From the NCBI RefSeq assembly GCF_009914755.1, contig NC_060938.1: a stretch of DNA of 64,000 bases. One strand, 5' to 3'. The stretch is from the human T2T-CHM13v2.0 reference genome, Homo sapiens. The translations under genes were made by a program, and so were the position numbers. Every line of letters begins with the position of its first letter. Position 1 is the stretch's first letter. The notes under the pieces are model-generated. The model was not told the DNA's origin, made no database searches, and saw only the letters and a list, made by a program, of their open reading frames with translations. Shown in pieces: positions 59,423-64,000 of this stretch.

Positions 59423-61664
59423 CTGCACAGAGGACACAGAAGGAGGGAGGGAACATAGGGTTAGCCCAGAAAGTCCATCATTCCCTCACTTCCAGAGCTC
59501 CTCTCTACAGCCAGCCTCTGCTGGCTCCCTGGGGAGGGTGGACTCCTGGGCTGCAGAGGGGCTGCCCACTTCTTCCAGAGGGCCTGGCCATGGGTGAGGG
59601 CCCTGGGTAGAAGACCCCTCCCTGCAATTCCCACACCCCTGGAAGCTGAAAAGCCCAGCTCAGACCCTTGGAGGGCAAGTGGCCAACTCAGGGCCTGGTG
59701 TCTTTGTCCACTGCTACTCTGCCTGGTCCTCAGATCAGGCACCTGGATTTACCTCCTCATGCTCCTGCCCTGGCTGCCCCACTGCTCCACCCACTTGATC
59801 CAGCTTCCCTTGCCTGGGTGACTGCCATGGCCTCCTTCCTCTGCTCCTCAGCAAAGGACTCTCTCCAACAGGCCCTATGATACAGCCACTCAGCCAGTTC
59901 ACCCCACCCACATTCCACAGGCTGCTTTAGGCTTTAGGACAGTGGCAAACATGGCCTCTGCCATCCCGGTCTGTGAGCGCCCCTTCTTACACCAAGGTCA
60001 GTTGCTAACCAGTGAGCTGCTGGGGGCCTCCTTCTCCCACTCCCACTGCACTGTGTCCAGAGTGGCCAGCACCAGCCCCAGGTGTCAGGGGTCAGTGCAT
60101 TTGCCTCAGGGGGACTGGCAGAGTGGGTGCATCCTGAAGGGCTGTGCTGGAATCAGCCCATAGTCTTTGCGTGTCCCATGGGGCAGGGCCAAAGGAAGCA
60201 GTCAGCAAGTGCCATCCACCCCAGCTTTTCTCTCCCTGGGGACTGCTGGACTGAGGGTCCAGGTGGCCCAGCTCCAAAGGCTGTTGCTGGCCAGACCTGC
60301 CCACCTCCCCTCTGACCTGCAGGCACTTGCCTTTTCAGAGTCATATTTGAATCCTACTCTTTACATCAGGGTTCAGGCAGCTGTCCAAACACCTTATCTT
60401 TTCATCTCTGACCATTTCTTCAGAGTCGACTATGAGCAGAAATCACCCAGACACCCCACAGGTAAGTCCACTTGCCTCACATGGCTCTTCCTCTTGTCAA
60501 GAACCTACAAGGGCTCCCAGTGCCTGAGGAATAAGGTCCATTGGAGACCCTGCCTTTCTTGCTGCCCCTCTCACCCTCTTCTCCAGGCAGCCAGGCAATC
60601 CTCAACACTCCTCCCCTCAAGGAAAGCACACTGCACCCCAGGATTCTGCAGGGGTGCTGCTGTAGGGAGCAAACCACACACCACTGAGGCCCGCTTTCCC
60701 TGCTGAGAGGGGGGGCATCCCAGGGCCCCACACAGGTCCAGGGTCCTGGCACTTTGCTACTGGGCTCCTGCGGGGAACAGTAATGGTCTCTTCCCACCAG
60801 CCTGTGAGCAGCAAAAAGACAGGACTGGGTCTTGAACCCCAGTCTCCCTCCTTGCTGTGTAACCCTGCGTGAGCTTAATCTCAAAGAACTCAAAGCACAG
60901 GCTTTGATTTCTGAACTAACACCCGGGTTCAGCACCAGGCTGCAGGGCTCTGAGCCCTCTCACCTGAGTCACCGCAAGGGAATCTTTTCTCTCCCAATCA
61001 CCTACAGGGAGGCTGGGCCTCCTGGAGGAGCAGAGCAGCATGGGGGGAAGCAGCCCTGGGCCCCCCGAAGTCCTAGGTGGGCAAACACAGACTACAGAGG
61101 GAGCTCCCTTTTCAGATTAGTGGTGAAATGGTATCACATCACTAGGAGGGTGTAGAAATCTGTAGTTAAGCCCTGTAAAATGTAGATTTTGGCACACGGG
61201 GACCTAAGACAATCCTGCCTGAAACAGGGCCTGGCATCCCATCAGTGCTCAATAAACAGCTGCCAGTGACACGCACAAATTAAGGGAGGCCAACTGTATA
61301 AGTTATTTTATGAAACCAGAATCACTCCTTTGTTCCTCCTCTATGCAAGCAAAGAGCCACATGGGTACAGCAGAGGGGAGCCTTTTACACACCAGGCCTC
61401 ATGCAGGAAACCGGGTCGTAGGTCAGGGAGTTTGGAGTGGAAGGGACGTGAGAAGCTGTCCTGGTCTAAGTATCTTTCTCCCATTTTACATAAAGGAATA
61501 CACAGTGTCAGAAGGAGGACTTGTGTCCAGCCCCTGTGTTCCCCACTCCTGGGCAGATGCGTACCCAGTGCAGCGAGAATGTCTGCGAGGGGGACTTGTC
61601 AGCTCCACTGCTCAGCACTGATTTTGATCAGCATTTCCCCAGTGGCAAAGAGGCACTTAATGAC

Positions 61665-63962
61665 CTTGTCCAAATCTCATGTTGAAATATAATCCTCAGT
61701 GTTGGAGGTGGGGTCTTGTGGGAGGTGCTTTGGTCATGGGGGCAGATCTCTCATGAATCGGTCCTGTCCTTGCAATAGTGAATGAGTACTTGTGAGATCT
61801 GGTTGTTTAAGGGTGTGGCACCTCCCTCCCACTCTCTTTTGCTCCCACTTTTGCCTTGTGATGTGCAAGCTTCTGCCTCACCTTCTGTTATGAGTAAAAG
61901 CTCCCTGAGGCCTCCCCGAAAGCCGAGCAGATACCAGCACCACATTTGTACAGCCTGTAGAATTGTGAACCAATTAAACATTTTTTCTTTATAAATTACC
62001 CAGCCTCAGGTATTTCTTTATAGCAATGAAAGAATGGCCTAACACAGAAAATTGGTACTGAAGAGTGGTGTTTTGCTATAAAGATACATGAAAATGTGGA
62101 AGTGACTTTGGAAGTGAGTAACAGGCAGAGGTTGGAAGAGTTTGGGGGGCTCAGAAGAAGACAGAAAGATGAGGAAAAGTTTGAAATTTCTTAGAGACTG
62201 GTTAAATGGCTGCATTCTGTTCATGCCCTAGGAATTTGTGGAAGTTCAAACTTAAGAATGATGATTTAGGGTGCCTGATGGAAGACATTTTTAAGCAGGA
62301 AAGCATTCAAGGTGTGGCCTCAGTGCTTCTATACTCAGATCCAGGAGCAAAGAAATGACTTAAAGCTGGAATTTATGTTTAAACAGGAAGCAGACCAGAA
62401 AAATTTGGAAAATTTGCAGTCTGGCCATGTGACAAAGAAAGAAAAAAGCTTTTTCCAGGAGAAGAATTTGAGCAGGCTGTGGAGCAAACACTTGCTAGAG
62501 AGTTGCATAATTAAAATGAAAGCCAGATGCTGATAGCCAAGACAATGGGGAAAAGGCCTTACATGCATTCCAGAGATCTCCATGGCAGTCCATCACATCA
62601 CAGACCTTGAGGCCTAAGAGGAAAGAATGCTTTTGAGGGCCAGGACTTTACTGCTCCACACAGCCCCGGGACACTGCTCCCCACATCCTGGCCACTTCAG
62701 CAGCAGTCTCAACTCAGAAGACCCCCGATACAGCTCAGGCTACTGCTTCAGAGGGTGCAAGCTATAAGCCTCGGAAACTTCCATGTGGTGTTAAGCCTAT
62801 GGGCATGCAGAGTGCAAGAGTGATGGCTTGGCATTCTCTGCCTATATTTCAGAGGACGTATGAGAAAGCCTGGGTGTTTAGGCAGAAGCCTGCTGCACGG
62901 GTGGAGCCATCACAGAGAACCTCTCCTGGGGCAGTGCCAAGTGGAAATGTGGGGTTGGACCCCCACACAGTCTTCAATGGGGTACTTTCTAGAGGAGCTG
63001 TAAGAAGGGACCATCATCTTCCAGATTCCAGAATAGTGGATCCACTGGCATCTTGCACTCTGTGCCTGGGAAAATTGTAGGCACTTAACCCCAACCCCTG
63101 AAAGCAGCTGTGGGGGCTGTACCCTGCAGAGATGCAGGGACAGAGTTTGCCCAAGACCTTGGGAGCCTACCCCCTGCACCAGTGTACCCTGGATGTGGGA
63201 CACATAGTCAAAGGGGATTATTTTTGAGGTTTAAGATTTAACGACTGCCCTGGTAGATTTCAAACTCATGTGGGGCATGTAACCTCTTTCTTTTGGCCAA
63301 GTTACCCCTTTGGGGATGGGAATGCCTGTACCACAATGCCTGTACCCCAATTGTGTCTTGAAGTAAATAACTTGTTTTTGATTTTACAGGCTCATAGGTG
63401 GAAAAGACTTGCCTTGCCTCAGATGAGAACTTGGACTTGGGACTTTTGAGTTAATGCTGAAATGAGTTAAGGCTTTGGAGGACTATTGGGAAGGCATGAT
63501 GGTATTTTGCAATGTGAGAAAAACATGAGATTTGGGGCTTGTCCTGGGGTGGAATGATATAGTTTGGATGTTTGTCCCTGCCAAATCTCATGCAATTTTA
63601 ATTCCCAATGCTGGTGGTGGGACCTAATGGGAGGCATTTGGGCCAGGGGGACAGATACCTCATGGCTTGGTGCTATCCTTGCAATAGTGAGTGAGTACTC
63701 ATGAGATCTTGCTGTTTAAGGATGTTGCACCTCCCCCACAACTCTCTCTCTTGCTTCTGCTTTGCCATGTGATGTGGAAGCTCCCACTTTTTAACTTTTG
63801 CCAAGAGTAAAGGCTCCCTGAGGCCTCCCCAGAAGCTGAATGGATGATAGCACCATGCTTGTACAGCTTGCATTAAAGCTTGTGAACCCATTAAACATAT
63901 TTTCTTTATATTTACCCAGTTGAAGGTATTTCTTTGTAGCAAGGCAAGATTGGCCTAACACA
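61665..63962 (+). mobile_element. MST-type MaLR element, LTR-internal-LTR
   Basis: LTR about 61665-62046 ending ggcctaacaCA; internal region starting gaaaattggtact; purine tract ggggtggaa; LTR 63555-63962 (TGatatagtttggatg…ggcctaacaCA). Confidence 0.9.
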
Positions 63963-64000
63963 TACCATCCCGATAGAGTTTGAATATCTGTCCCTGCCCA

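Noticed and set aside
59690-59715. Minus-strand VDKDT resembling TTC34 EDKDTQG; also ELKAQALI on the plus strand near 60885
   Set aside because: No extension of similarity. The first lies in intron-like sequence before the acceptor, and the second is on the wrong strand in MIR-like sequence
56673-61692. Numerous 60-190 aa ORFs in the GC-rich block
   Set aside because: They overlap on both strands without domains, as expected at this GC content; only the TTC34-like pieces are supported

Overview
This is human (great-ape type) genomic DNA with the architecture of a pericentromeric segmental-duplication mosaic, of the kind found at 14q11.2, 22q11.1 and 15q11.2. The exact paralogue cannot be fixed without alignment. 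I found no intact protein-coding gene. From left to right: (1) 1-16.1 kb is an AT-rich copy of neurobeachin (NBEA) genomic sequence with two spliceable but mutated exons (NBEAP/BCL8 family), ending abruptly inside an Alu. (2) 16.1-18.7 kb is a gamma-satellite-like (GSATII) array of about 12 units of 200-240 bp. (3) 18.7-28 kb is a degenerate 18-19 bp satellite (CCACCTGGGGCCTGATGT) with orientation switches, an inserted MaLR LTR and a displaced 475 bp copy. (4) 29.5-44 kb is an L1/Alu-rich block holding an OR11H olfactory-receptor pseudogene with two compensating frameshifts. (5) 44.3-50.6 kb is two 5'-inverted L1PA elements fused head to head. (6) 50.7-56.8 kb is a decayed ERV1-class gag-pro-pol, whose gag is interrupted by about 1.1 kb of MIR-containing sequence matching the FAM138/F379 family, followed by MER4-type LTR pieces. 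(7) 56.8-61.6 kb is a GC-rich block with the terminal exon of a TTC34 pseudogene. (8) 61.7-64 kb is an LTR-int-LTR MST element. Family assignments come from my recall of protein and repeat consensus sequences, not from database searches. The strongest candidates for something undescribed are the E-box-dense bidirectional satellite, the head-to-head double twin-primed L1 junction and the FAM138-like cargo inside ERV gag.
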